IMG/VR virus record: IMGVR_UViG_3300038443_002533
Location: 32,001-96,000 of that record
Length of the DNA: 64,000 nt
Direction: 5' to 3' (one strand)
Origin: a virus
Lineage: Duplodnaviria > Caudoviricetes
Position numbers and translations under genes: made by a program
Shown here: positions 9,292 through 17,405 of the stretch, in pieces
Position numbering within the stretch: position 1 is the first letter of the stretch
How the letters are laid out: each line of letters begins with the position of its first letter
Notes under the pieces: generated by a model
The model's database searches: none
Told to the model about the DNA's origin: nothing
What the model saw: the letters and a program-made list of their open reading frames with translations, nothing else

Positions 9292-9702
9292 ATGAACCAA
9301 TTCTTCACCCGCATCTGGAACCACATCAAAGACGGCTACTGCTTCGCTCGCGATTACATCGCCAACAAAGTCGCCAAGATCGATCTGTACGGCGATCGTC
9401 TGATCGCACAAGCCGTAGCGGAGGACAGCTTCACCAAGCGTCTGCAAGGCATGCTGTGCAAAGTCGCCGCCTTCGTTCTGGCTTTCTTCACGGCCTTCAC
9501 CGCCGGTTACATCATCGGCATGGTGTTCGGTCTGCTGCTCGGCCCGATCCTGGGCTTGATCGCCATCCCGCTGGCTTACATGGTCGGTGAAGATTTCGGC
9601 AGCGCCATCACCCGCGCTCAGCTGAAGATCCGTATCGCTAATCTGTTCGCCAAAGAAGTGCGCGTGACGGAAGTCGAAGACATCGCTTTCGCGGCCGCCT
9701 AA
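9292..9702 (+). CDS. Array member 4: membrane protein
   Basis: MNQFFTRIWNHIK; two TM-like segments; leader motif; ends in FAAA. Confidence 0.8.
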   Translation: MNQFFTRIWNHIKDGYCFARDYIANKVAKIDLYGDRLIAQAVAEDSFTKRLQGMLCKVAAFVLAFFTAFTAGYIIGMVFGLLLGPILGLIAIPLAYMVGEDFGSAITRAQLKIRIANLFAKEVRVTEVEDIAFAAA

Positions 9703-9746
9703 ACAACACGGGGAACTCCGGTTCCCCATCTTTAAGGAATCTCTTC

Positions 9747-10112
9747 ATGAACTTCATCAAGAAATGGTACAAGCGCATCGTCGGTTGGCTGGCTGCCCCG
9801 ATCGCGCAAGCCATGGATTTGGTTGCCGAGTATACGGCACCGCTCATCGCTGTCACTAACGGCATCAAGATCGACTGGTCCTGGCGTCTGCTCGGTCGTC
9901 TGTGCCTGGCGGGTCTGGTGTTGTTGGGCGCGATGATCTACGTCGCCTTTGGCATTATCCTGTCCATCGCCGGCCTGACTCTGCTGTTCGGCTTACTGCT
10001 GAACCCACTGGTGGCTAACATCCTCGCCCTGATGGGCGTGGGCTATGTGGCGTACGACGTGGTCAAAGCAATCGATGTTCAGCGCGCCGATGTCGCCGCT
10101 GAGCCCACTTAA
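9747..10112 (+). CDS. Array member 5: membrane protein
   Basis: MNFIKKWYKRIVGWL; about three TM-like segments. Confidence 0.8.
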   Translation: MNFIKKWYKRIVGWLAAPIAQAMDLVAEYTAPLIAVTNGIKIDWSWRLLGRLCLAGLVLLGAMIYVAFGIILSIAGLTLLFGLLLNPLVANILALMGVGYVAYDVVKAIDVQRADVAAEPT

Positions 10113-10130
10113 TTCCTCAAGGATAGCAAC

Positions 10131-10493
10131 ATGGACTTCATCAAGAAACTCATCATGGGTGCGGCGAAACTTGCATACGGCATCTTCATCGCTCCGATCG
10201 TCGAACTGAAGAACCTTCTCAAGAAAACCGCTGCCGAGAAAGTGCTGACGGTACTGAACGCTGCGTCGCGGGTGATCATCCTCGCTTCGTGGTTCACCGC
10301 TGTGCCGGCATTGCTGGTCACCCTGGCCTGGGTGTGGTTCTGGATCTCGTTGGTCTTCGCGTTCGTCTGCCTGGGCTTTGCCATCGCCGGCGGTGGTCTG
10401 GGCATGGCGCTGGTCATGGCTGCGATCAAAGCCCGCACCGAACAAGACGTCGAAGCACCCGTGGCTGACATCGCTGAACCGGTCTTCGCCTAA
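10131..10493 (+). CDS. Array member 6: membrane protein
   Basis: MDFIKKLIMGAAKL; hydrophobic core. Confidence 0.8.
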   Translation: MDFIKKLIMGAAKLAYGIFIAPIVELKNLLKKTAAEKVLTVLNAASRVIILASWFTAVPALLVTLAWVWFWISLVFAFVCLGFAIAGGGLGMALVMAAIKARTEQDVEAPVADIAEPVFA

Positions 10494-10499
10494 AGCATC

Positions 10500-10772
10500 A
10501 TGCGGCACTTTCTGAAAACCTTAGCCCAAGCCATCTACCGTCACACGGTGGGTGGCCTGGTGCGGTTATGCCGTCATACGCAGACTGCTTGCGTGGATGA
10601 AGAAGACAAACGGTACGTGGGACGCCTCGTGCTGTACAGTGCTTTCTGCCTCTGCGCGTGGTGGTTTCCCGGCGCGGCAGCGATTCTGCTGACGTTACGC
10701 ATCATGGCTTTCGGTGATTTCCTCACCATCGTCAGTAACATTTATCAACAAACGGCCAACGCCTACACCTGA
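10500..10772 (+). CDS. Array member 7: small membrane protein
   Basis: MRHFLKTLAQAIY; hydrophobic C-terminal half. Confidence 0.7.
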   Translation: MRHFLKTLAQAIYRHTVGGLVRLCRHTQTACVDEEDKRYVGRLVLYSAFCLCAWWFPGAAAILLTLRIMAFGDFLTIVSNIYQQTANAYT

Positions 10773-10811
10773 CTTCAGGGGTGGGCAGTTGTCCACCTTT
10801 CTGGAGTGATC

Positions 10812-11111
10812 ATGCGGAAGCTGTTTGGTTTCATCAAGCATTTGTTCTTCGCAGCGAAAGTCATCGTCGGTGCCGTTGTGGCGCCGGTGGTGTCTCTGGT
10901 TGCGACCACCCTGCAAGCTAAGCCGATCAGCTTAGGTCAGCTGACCTTTGCGTTCTGGCGGCTGTTGGTGTGGCTGTTCTTCGTCCTGTGTGCCACGACC
11001 TCGGTCGGCGTGCCTCCCCTGATCGCCCTGCTGTTCTTGGCAGATCTGGCAATCGTCGGGGTGCAAATCGTCGGTGGCGTGGTACTTCAACTTAAGGAGT
11101 CACCAGCATGA
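10812..11111 (+). CDS. Array member 8: membrane protein
   Basis: MRKLFGFIKHLFF; GGAG RBS favours ATG 10812. Confidence 0.7.
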   Translation: MRKLFGFIKHLFFAAKVIVGAVVAPVVSLVATTLQAKPISLGQLTFAFWRLLVWLFFVLCATTSVGVPPLIALLFLADLAIVGVQIVGGVVLQLKESPA

Positions 11112-11464
11112 ACCAATTCATCGACACCCTCTCGGTGTTCATCGGCAACATCCTGCGCCTGAAGCCCACGGGTTGGCAGGAAGCCCGTCGCGTGGCAGCC
11201 CAGATGCGGCAAACCCGTCTCGAATTCAAACCGTCCAAAGTGGTGATCGACGGCGAAGAAACGGATGTGGTGGCACCGCATTCCCCGCTCGCGTATCTGG
11301 GCGAAGCAGTCCTCGACGCGCTGGGTTTCGTCGGCGTCGTCTGGCTGATCCACAAAATCGTGATGGGGTTCCTCGTCGCATTGCCATGGTTGTTGGTGAT
11401 CGCGGCGCTCGGTCTCATCCTCCGGGCCAGCGGGAGTAAGTCGCCCGAACCCCAGGTATCGTGA
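11108..11464 (+). CDS. Array member 9: membrane protein
   Basis: MNQFIDTLSVFIGNIL; two C-terminal TM-like segments; AAGGAG RBS. Confidence 0.75.
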   Translation: MNQFIDTLSVFIGNILRLKPTGWQEARRVAAQMRQTRLEFKPSKVVIDGEETDVVAPHSPLAYLGEAVLDALGFVGVVWLIHKIVMGFLVALPWLLVIAALGLILRASGSKSPEPQVS

Positions 11465-11517
11465 ATCTCATTCAAGTCAATCAACGTACTTATCAAGTCA
11501 ATAAAAGGAAACGAATC

Positions 11518-12225
11518 ATGCAATCCATCAATCAAGCCAAAGAAGCCACCCGTCAACCGTCGGCCAAGGAACTGAACCACTCGTTCACCGTGGTCAAAAG
11601 CCAGCTCACTGAGCTGCGCAAAAAGCTCCACACCGCCCAAGGTGAAGAGCGCCGCAACATCGAGTGCGAAATCACCACGCTGCTCAAGTCGATCGGCCTG
11701 GAACACGTCGAACTCGAAGTGCGCACCGACGGCGCCCCGGAAGCCGACACCACCAGCATCGGTGCCAAGATCGCCGTGGCGCTCCAGGACGCTACGACGG
11801 AAGCGGCCAAGCACGTCCCCGAGACCGCGTCGAGCGACGCTGCCGCTGCTCAACCCGGCCTGTGGGCCCGCTTCAAGGCCTGGGTCAGTGCGAACAAAAA
11901 GAAGACCATCGCCGGTGGTCTGGCCGTACTCACCGGCGCTGCCGGCCTGTGGCTCTGGCTGCGTGGTAAAAATATCAGCACTGCTGTATCGTCTGTGTCC
12001 GGCATGACGGAAGTGCCGAGCACCGACACGCTCCCGCTCCCAGCGGAAACCAGCGACGCATCGATCTTCGCTCGCGCTGGCGAGTGGATCGTGCACGCCG
12101 CCGGCGTCGTCAAAACCTGGGGGATCTCGGCCTGGAACTGGGTCAAAGGTCTGTTTAACCGCACCACCACCGCAACGGAGGTAACTGTTGAAAGCGCACC
12201 TGAAGCTGTTCCCGCTGGCGCCTAA
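11518..12225 (+). CDS. Array member 10: coiled coil, one TM segment and internal amphipathic helices
   Basis: AAAAGGAA RBS before ATG 11518; LWARFKAWV and WNWVKGLF helices. Confidence 0.75.
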   Translation: MQSINQAKEATRQPSAKELNHSFTVVKSQLTELRKKLHTAQGEERRNIECEITTLLKSIGLEHVELEVRTDGAPEADTTSIGAKIAVALQDATTEAAKHVPETASSDAAAAQPGLWARFKAWVSANKKKTIAGGLAVLTGAAGLWLWLRGKNISTAVSSVSGMTEVPSTDTLPLPAETSDASIFARAGEWIVHAAGVVKTWGISAWNWVKGLFNRTTTATEVTVESAPEAVPAGA

Positions 12226-12325
12226 GGCGATCCAGCATCCGACCGTCGGCCAAGTGCTGGGGTCACTGCTCATCGCGGCTGCTTTGTTTGTTGGCACGAA
12301 CGTGTTGGCGGGCAATTTTAGCTAA
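12188..12325 (+). CDS. 45-aa single-TM peptide absent from the ORF track (TTG start)
   Basis: GGAGG 6 nt before TTG; MKAHLKLFPLAPKAIQHPTVGQVLGSLLIAAALFVGTNVLAGNFS; ends just before the terminator. Confidence 0.6.
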   Translation: MKAHLKLFPLAPKAIQHPTVGQVLGSLLIAAALFVGTNVLAGNFS

Positions 12326-12332
12326 GCTGTCG

Positions 12333-12380
12333 ACCGATAGGGAGTGGGTTATCCCCACTCCCTCCGGTTGTTTGTTTTTT
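12333..12380 (+). terminator. Classical intrinsic terminator closing the array
   Basis: GGGAGTGGG-TTATC-CCCACTCCC followed by a U-rich tail. Confidence 0.75.
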
Positions 12381-12406
12381 GCCCATAAAACACAAAGGGA
12401 TAGTCT

Positions 12407-12634
12407 GTGACTTTTATTAAACTGAAAGAGCAAATCGAGCTGTTACGATTGCGTCGACAAGCATCGCGCATCGCCGTGCGGTTGTATGAGGCGGCGACTG
12501 GCCAGGAAGACATTGACACGATCAATACCTGGTTTGACGTCTGTAATCAAGCCCAGACTGGCGAAGATGTAAAAGCCGGCATTGAAGCGTTAATGGGTTT
12601 GGCTCGCAACAAAGATATCACCATTGATCTGTAG
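12407..12634 (+). CDS. Hypothetical protein
   Basis: 75 aa; GTG start with AAGGGA RBS. Confidence 0.55.
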   Translation: MTFIKLKEQIELLRLRRQASRIAVRLYEAATGQEDIDTINTWFDVCNQAQTGEDVKAGIEALMGLARNKDITIDL

Positions 12635-12653
12635 CGCTTGGCGTTATAGGTAA

Positions 12654-12935
12654 ATGGATGGAATTTACCTATACCACTATTTTGGATCGCTTATGCTGCC
12701 CATCATCATTGCCGGGTTGTTATTGTGGGTGGTGCGTCCCCGTACCAGCCCGGCCGCTACCTCGTCTGCCCCAGTCTCCCCACGGACTTTTCTCAAATCG
12801 CTGATTCCGGTGCGTCTGCGTTCGCGTCCGAAACGCAAAGAGAAATTGATCGATCTGATCGAGTATTACCACCTGTCTCCTTTGATTCATTCCAGAGAGG
12901 ATTCATCCATAAAAAATATTCCTTCCAGGGAATAA
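12654..12935 (+). CDS. Hypothetical protein with N-terminal TM segment
   Basis: 93 aa; hydrophobic N-terminus followed by a basic tail. Confidence 0.5.
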   Translation: MDGIYLYHYFGSLMLPIIIAGLLLWVVRPRTSPAATSSAPVSPRTFLKSLIPVRLRSRPKRKEKLIDLIEYYHLSPLIHSREDSSIKNIPSRE

Positions 12936-12990
12936 GTTGTACAGTAACAACCTTGTCGATAACTCCATACCAACAAAGAAAGGGATCACC

Positions 12991-13728
12991 ATGCAACCGT
13001 CTTACATCAACGAACAGCGCACCATCGAAGGTTTCTTCAATGCGTATGAAAACGCTGAGGTCACGATCGCCTTCCGCACCCACTTCATGGCGCGTGAACG
13101 CATCGGCCGCGAAGCCAACTTCATGCCGATCGTCGACCACCCGGAAGGGCGTGTGGTCCTGAAGCCGGGCGAGATCGCCAAGATCCATGCCAAGCACCCG
13201 GACGAAAACAAGCAGTTCCTGAACAACCTGATCCTGGTGATGGGTACGCCCTACGGGGTGGTGGTGTTCCACGCCACCGAGAAGAACTTCGCCCGTGCCA
13301 AGAACGGCAAAGTCAATGGCGTGCTGCCGCACATGCACACCACGATCAACTTCACCAAGATGGCGATGCGCGTGTTCAAGCGCAAAGGCTGGCGTGGCTT
13401 CCTGGGTGACTTCGACATGAAGAACTGGGTGTTCTCGCCGACCTTCCAAGCCGATATGGATGAGCAGGTCGCCATCGACCGGCAAGCCGAACTGGAACGG
13501 TCGCGGCTGCACTACGAGGAAACCGGCGAAGGCAAATCGTTCGCCGGCACCATCGTGACTGACGGCCTGCCACCGCGTCGCCGCGCCCAGCACCCGACCA
13601 CCAAGTCGACGCAACCGCGCCTGACCTCCCATGATGTGAAGGAGAAGAATCCGTTCTTCAAGAAAAGCGACGTGGCTCCACCGCGCCGCCAACCTGGTCT
13701 GCACGCCGGCGGTTATCCGGCAGACTAA
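12991..13728 (+). CDS. Hypothetical protein, paralogous domain to 8764..9249
   Basis: AAGGGA RBS before ATG 12991; LKPGEIAK...LVMGTPYGVVVF; basic disordered tail. Confidence 0.75.
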   Translation: MQPSYINEQRTIEGFFNAYENAEVTIAFRTHFMARERIGREANFMPIVDHPEGRVVLKPGEIAKIHAKHPDENKQFLNNLILVMGTPYGVVVFHATEKNFARAKNGKVNGVLPHMHTTINFTKMAMRVFKRKGWRGFLGDFDMKNWVFSPTFQADMDEQVAIDRQAELERSRLHYEETGEGKSFAGTIVTDGLPPRRRAQHPTTKSTQPRLTSHDVKEKNPFFKKSDVAPPRRQPGLHAGGYPAD

Positions 13729-13745
13729 CCTCATGAGGAGTTATC

Positions 13746-13967
13746 ATGGCACGCTCTCAGAAACAATCGATTTCCGCTGATTCCATGCGGGATGAAGTTA
13801 ATCTCTACCTCGGTCAAGGGCAGCGTGAACTCGCCATCCGCCACTACCAGGAGAAATGTTCGTGTTCCATCGAGAGTGCTGTGATCTTCGTCAACCAAGT
13901 CTCTTCGGATCGTTTGCGTGCCCAACGTGAACAACTCCAAAAGACGCGTGAGCTGCATCTGGCTTAA
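13746..13967 (+). CDS. Small hypothetical protein
   Basis: 73 aa; GAGGAG RBS. Confidence 0.65.
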   Translation: MARSQKQSISADSMRDEVNLYLGQGQRELAIRHYQEKCSCSIESAVIFVNQVSSDRLRAQREQLQKTRELHLA

Positions 13968-14011
13968 ATAGCTAACCCTCCCTACCCGCGAGGGTAGGGA
14001 GGGCGCTATGC
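13968..14011. terminator. Bidirectional hairpin at a convergent junction
   Basis: CCCTCCCTACCC-GCGA-GGGTAGGGAGGG with ATAGC and GCTATGC feet. Confidence 0.75.
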
Positions 14012-14025
14012 GCTTTCTTTTTTGG

Positions 14026-14835
14026 TTACCGATTACCACCAATCATGAGCGACATGTAACGCCGCATCGATTCCGGATCGTTCATGAACGCGACCTTGGC
14101 CCACTTCTCCGCCAGGTGCTCTTGGTACATCTGTTCTGCGTCAGCGTAGCTGTCGATGATCTCTTTGATCTTACCGACTTGCACACCCGCACGCAGTTCA
14201 CCGATATCGAGCTTGATGACGTAGCTGTTGTAGATGTAGGCTTTGACCGCCAACTCTACCAGACGCGCGAACACCAAATAGCTGCGGGCTTGGATGTTGG
14301 AGAGGTTTTCTTCATTCTCCAGCGAGCAGCGCAGGTACAGGTTATTGGGCAGGATGATCGAGTCTTGCACCATCACCACGTTTTCGCCGATGAGTTCGAC
14401 CTTGGTGGTGCCGACGTGGGGCGTGCGGATCTGGGCTTCCATCGCTGCATTGGCCAGTTGGAGTGCTGGGCTCGTGCGGCTGTAAGAATATACCCCGTAG
14501 CCAGATTGGGTGTTATACAGGTCCCCGTAGGTCACGTCGAAGACGCTCAGGATCGAGCGGCCATCGGTCATGGATTTGGGGATACGAAATACGGTGGTGT
14601 AACCGTCATCAACCGTTTCACTCGGCAAGCCCGACAGATCGATACGGGTCTCGACACCGCTGACCAGATTGCAGTCCACCAATACCCGCGGTTGCAACAC
14701 GAGGCAACGGATGCGTTCTTTGATATCGCTGGGTAGATCGCGGTATTGTTGATACGGTTCGAGAAACACCACCTTCAGGATCTCACGCGGGATTCGGAAC
14801 ATCATCTCGTCGAGAGCTTTGGTGATCGGATTCAT
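14026..14835 (-). CDS. Conserved phiKZ-like protein, possibly virion-associated
   Basis: 269 aa; AGGAG RBS; MNPITKALDEMMFRIPREIL N-terminus. Confidence 0.65.
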   Translation of the reverse strand: MNPITKALDEMMFRIPREILKVVFLEPYQQYRDLPSDIKERIRCLVLQPRVLVDCNLVSGVETRIDLSGLPSETVDDGYTTVFRIPKSMTDGRSILSVFDVTYGDLYNTQSGYGVYSYSRTSPALQLANAAMEAQIRTPHVGTTKVELIGENVVMVQDSIILPNNLYLRCSLENEENLSNIQARSYLVFARLVELAVKAYIYNSYVIKLDIGELRAGVQVGKIKEIIDSYADAEQMYQEHLAEKWAKVAFMNDPESMRRYMSLMIGGNR

Positions 14836-14845
14836 TCAATGCTCC

Positions 14846-14869
14846 TAGAAAATTACAGTGCTATATTAC
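14846..14869 (+). promoter_or_regulatory. phiKZ-type early promoter
   Basis: TAGAAAATTA-N6-TATATTAC, an exact match to the phiKZ early box. Confidence 0.75.
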
Positions 14870-14933
14870 TACATTGACGTTAGTACATAGCATCTTCGCA
14901 TTTTCCTCTAACTAACAACAGAAAGGCAACACC

Positions 14934-17327
14934 ATGACCGATATTCAGAAGGAAGACGCAAAGTCGTTTCAAAACTACTATCGCCATTGCGGCGAACATT
15001 GGGGGCTCGCCGGCGATAGCGCACACAACGACCGCTGCCCGGAATGTAACAAAGAAATTCAACCGTACGAATCCATCGATATCACTAACGGCAAAAACAC
15101 CAACCCGAAAGTGCATCTGTTGTTTTTCGGCGCCAACCCGACGCAGTGGGGTAAAGCTTCCGTGATGGCAACTGCGCGCGCGATCGATCATTTGCAGCGC
15201 ACGGGTTCGTACGTGATTAGCGTTGGCGATAAGGATGATTCGGATGAAGCCGTCGTGAACAAATGGGAATGGTTTAAAGATCTGATTCTGGGGCGGGAAG
15301 AACGTGGCGACACCCAAGACCGCTGGATCGTTGTCGTCGATAGCGGTTCGCCGGGATTCCGGAGAATCGCCACGTTGGGGGTTGGTAACCCGACAGTCAC
15401 CCTCTTCCATCATATTCAGCCTGGCCGCGACACTTATCTTTATCCTGCGGATATTCCCACACATTCGCAACGCCCAGAAAAGCTGCGACAAGTCATTGAG
15501 TATTACCTCAATCGCGGTTTTAACAAACAACTACAAAAGGATATCACCATGGAAACCAAACCGACCATGACCGACGGCAGTCTTCGTAACTTGCTGGTGG
15601 GTGCCCGTCAACTCATCGCTACGTGGGCCAGTGCCCCTCTCCTTGGCGTTGACCACGTTGCTAAACAACAGCAGTCGCTCTTCAGCCCTGAGCATATTGC
15701 CAAGGAGCTGCATAACTTGCGCGATCATCCCAAATACGCGCCGCCGGCGATGATCGATCCACGCATCAATGCGCTGGTCAATGATTTGATTCCCGTGTTT
15801 AACACGGAAGTCGAGCTTAATAAGGAAGAGTCTAATAGCTTCATCTTGCGGCTCGATATGGCAATCGACACGCTCCGCGACGGCGATAAACCGACTGCGG
15901 CGACACCGAAAGAAGAAACCAAGTCAATCAGTCTCGCCGAACTGCACAGCACCGTCGTTAACGCGATCAATCTTCTCAGCGACCCGTCGTCGAATATCGA
16001 TCGGCCTCGAACTATCGAATATCTCACGCATGTGGAAGCTTATTTGCGTGATCGATGCGATCAATCGGCCAGTGACGCATCTAATGGCGGAATACCCGAG
16101 GGAGCGGTGGCTCGGTATCTGGAACAAGCTTTGGGCAGACTGTCGAATGACTTTATTGCGGGACAGCGGGTGTTGGAGAAGAAGTTCGACGAGCTGGCTC
16201 GTACAGCTTACCCGTTCATGCAAAATGCTTTCCTGAGCGCCCCCGCATGGATTTCGCAACCTTACGGTCCGATTCGTCAACCGATGATGGATTCGTTTCC
16301 GAAGATGCCGGATGGCTTCGGCTTCCCCAACCACATCGAGGACCGCGAAAAGTTCGAGTTTTTCCAAGACCCACGTAACCGCGGCCTTCCCCGCCGCGGT
16401 ATTAACAACGGGTTCGGTATGGCTGGCCCGGGAGTACCGGTCGCCCCCAGGGCGGAACCACTGGTAAGTTTCGACGGCATCTTCTTGTTCCACGTCGAAC
16501 ACACGATGGCCCTTGAGACCATCAGATCGACGTATTCGTGGCTCACGCAAACGTATCCAAATGCCAAAAGCATAGTGATTAATTACGATGGCGCCCAAAC
16601 CGACGAGGAAATTGCCGAGCGATACAAGAAAATTTTGACAGAAGTGGTGAGTCGTTATAGCGGGGTCGACGCGTTGCAGGTAAATGTGGTGGTTACGCCC
16701 TCGCTCGCCACCGCGCCCATGGATAAGATAAATCGTATCCGGGATATGTTGAGAACCAGGGTTACTCCCTATACCGCCTTACTGGCTTCCTCTTTCAATA
16801 ATCGCGAAATGCTGATCGTGAGGCTCAATAGTTCGATCAAGTTCGCGCGGAAATGTACCGAAACTAGCTCGTCGAGTTGCGACCCGCAGGGGGCTCAGGT
16901 CAACAACCTGAGTGACTATCGTGGCGTCGTGATGTTCCACGTCAACGATCCGTCCATTGAATTTGCGCTGGGTCAGAATGAAGCGGATATCAACGCAGTG
17001 TTACCGAACGCGCGCCGTTATATGGTCTTTCATCCATCACGGGGAAATCAACCGCTCGATACTTTCTTGCGGGAAGCCATCAGTGATGTGGAACCTCGGT
17101 CCAAGACACAACAAATCCTGCATGTCGTACTCAGTAATGATACGTCAGTGTGGGATGCGCAATTCATGAACGACACGTTGAGTGCATTGATGCAGCTCGA
17201 TCAACCGTGCACGACATTCTACCTTTCCAATGGTAAGTTGGATCGACACAATTTCGCCCACACTTTGACGAACACGCTGCAGCAGTATAGTTTCATGCCG
17301 GGCACACGTGTACAATCGCGTTATTAG
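14934..17327 (+). CDS. Large mosaic early protein, possibly two fused genes (second start at 15549)
   Basis: 797 aa; N-terminal Cys/His cluster (HCGEHW...NDRCPEC); internal leader, RBS and ATG. Confidence 0.6.
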   Translation: MTDIQKEDAKSFQNYYRHCGEHWGLAGDSAHNDRCPECNKEIQPYESIDITNGKNTNPKVHLLFFGANPTQWGKASVMATARAIDHLQRTGSYVISVGDKDDSDEAVVNKWEWFKDLILGREERGDTQDRWIVVVDSGSPGFRRIATLGVGNPTVTLFHHIQPGRDTYLYPADIPTHSQRPEKLRQVIEYYLNRGFNKQLQKDITMETKPTMTDGSLRNLLVGARQLIATWASAPLLGVDHVAKQQQSLFSPEHIAKELHNLRDHPKYAPPAMIDPRINALVNDLIPVFNTEVELNKEESNSFILRLDMAIDTLRDGDKPTAATPKEETKSISLAELHSTVVNAINLLSDPSSNIDRPRTIEYLTHVEAYLRDRCDQSASDASNGGIPEGAVARYLEQALGRLSNDFIAGQRVLEKKFDELARTAYPFMQNAFLSAPAWISQPYGPIRQPMMDSFPKMPDGFGFPNHIEDREKFEFFQDPRNRGLPRRGINNGFGMAGPGVPVAPRAEPLVSFDGIFLFHVEHTMALETIRSTYSWLTQTYPNAKSIVINYDGAQTDEEIAERYKKILTEVVSRYSGVDALQVNVVVTPSLATAPMDKINRIRDMLRTRVTPYTALLASSFNNREMLIVRLNSSIKFARKCTETSSSSCDPQGAQVNNLSDYRGVVMFHVNDPSIEFALGQNEADINAVLPNARRYMVFHPSRGNQPLDTFLREAISDVEPRSKTQQILHVVLSNDTSVWDAQFMNDTLSALMQLDQPCTTFYLSNGKLDRHNFAHTLTNTLQQYSFMPGTRVQSRY

Positions 17328-17405
17328 TAATTTTCTACAATCTTTCCCACATTCAATGTCCAATTGGCGTTGAGCTTTTCATAACCAAAAACACAAGGAT
17401 CTAGC

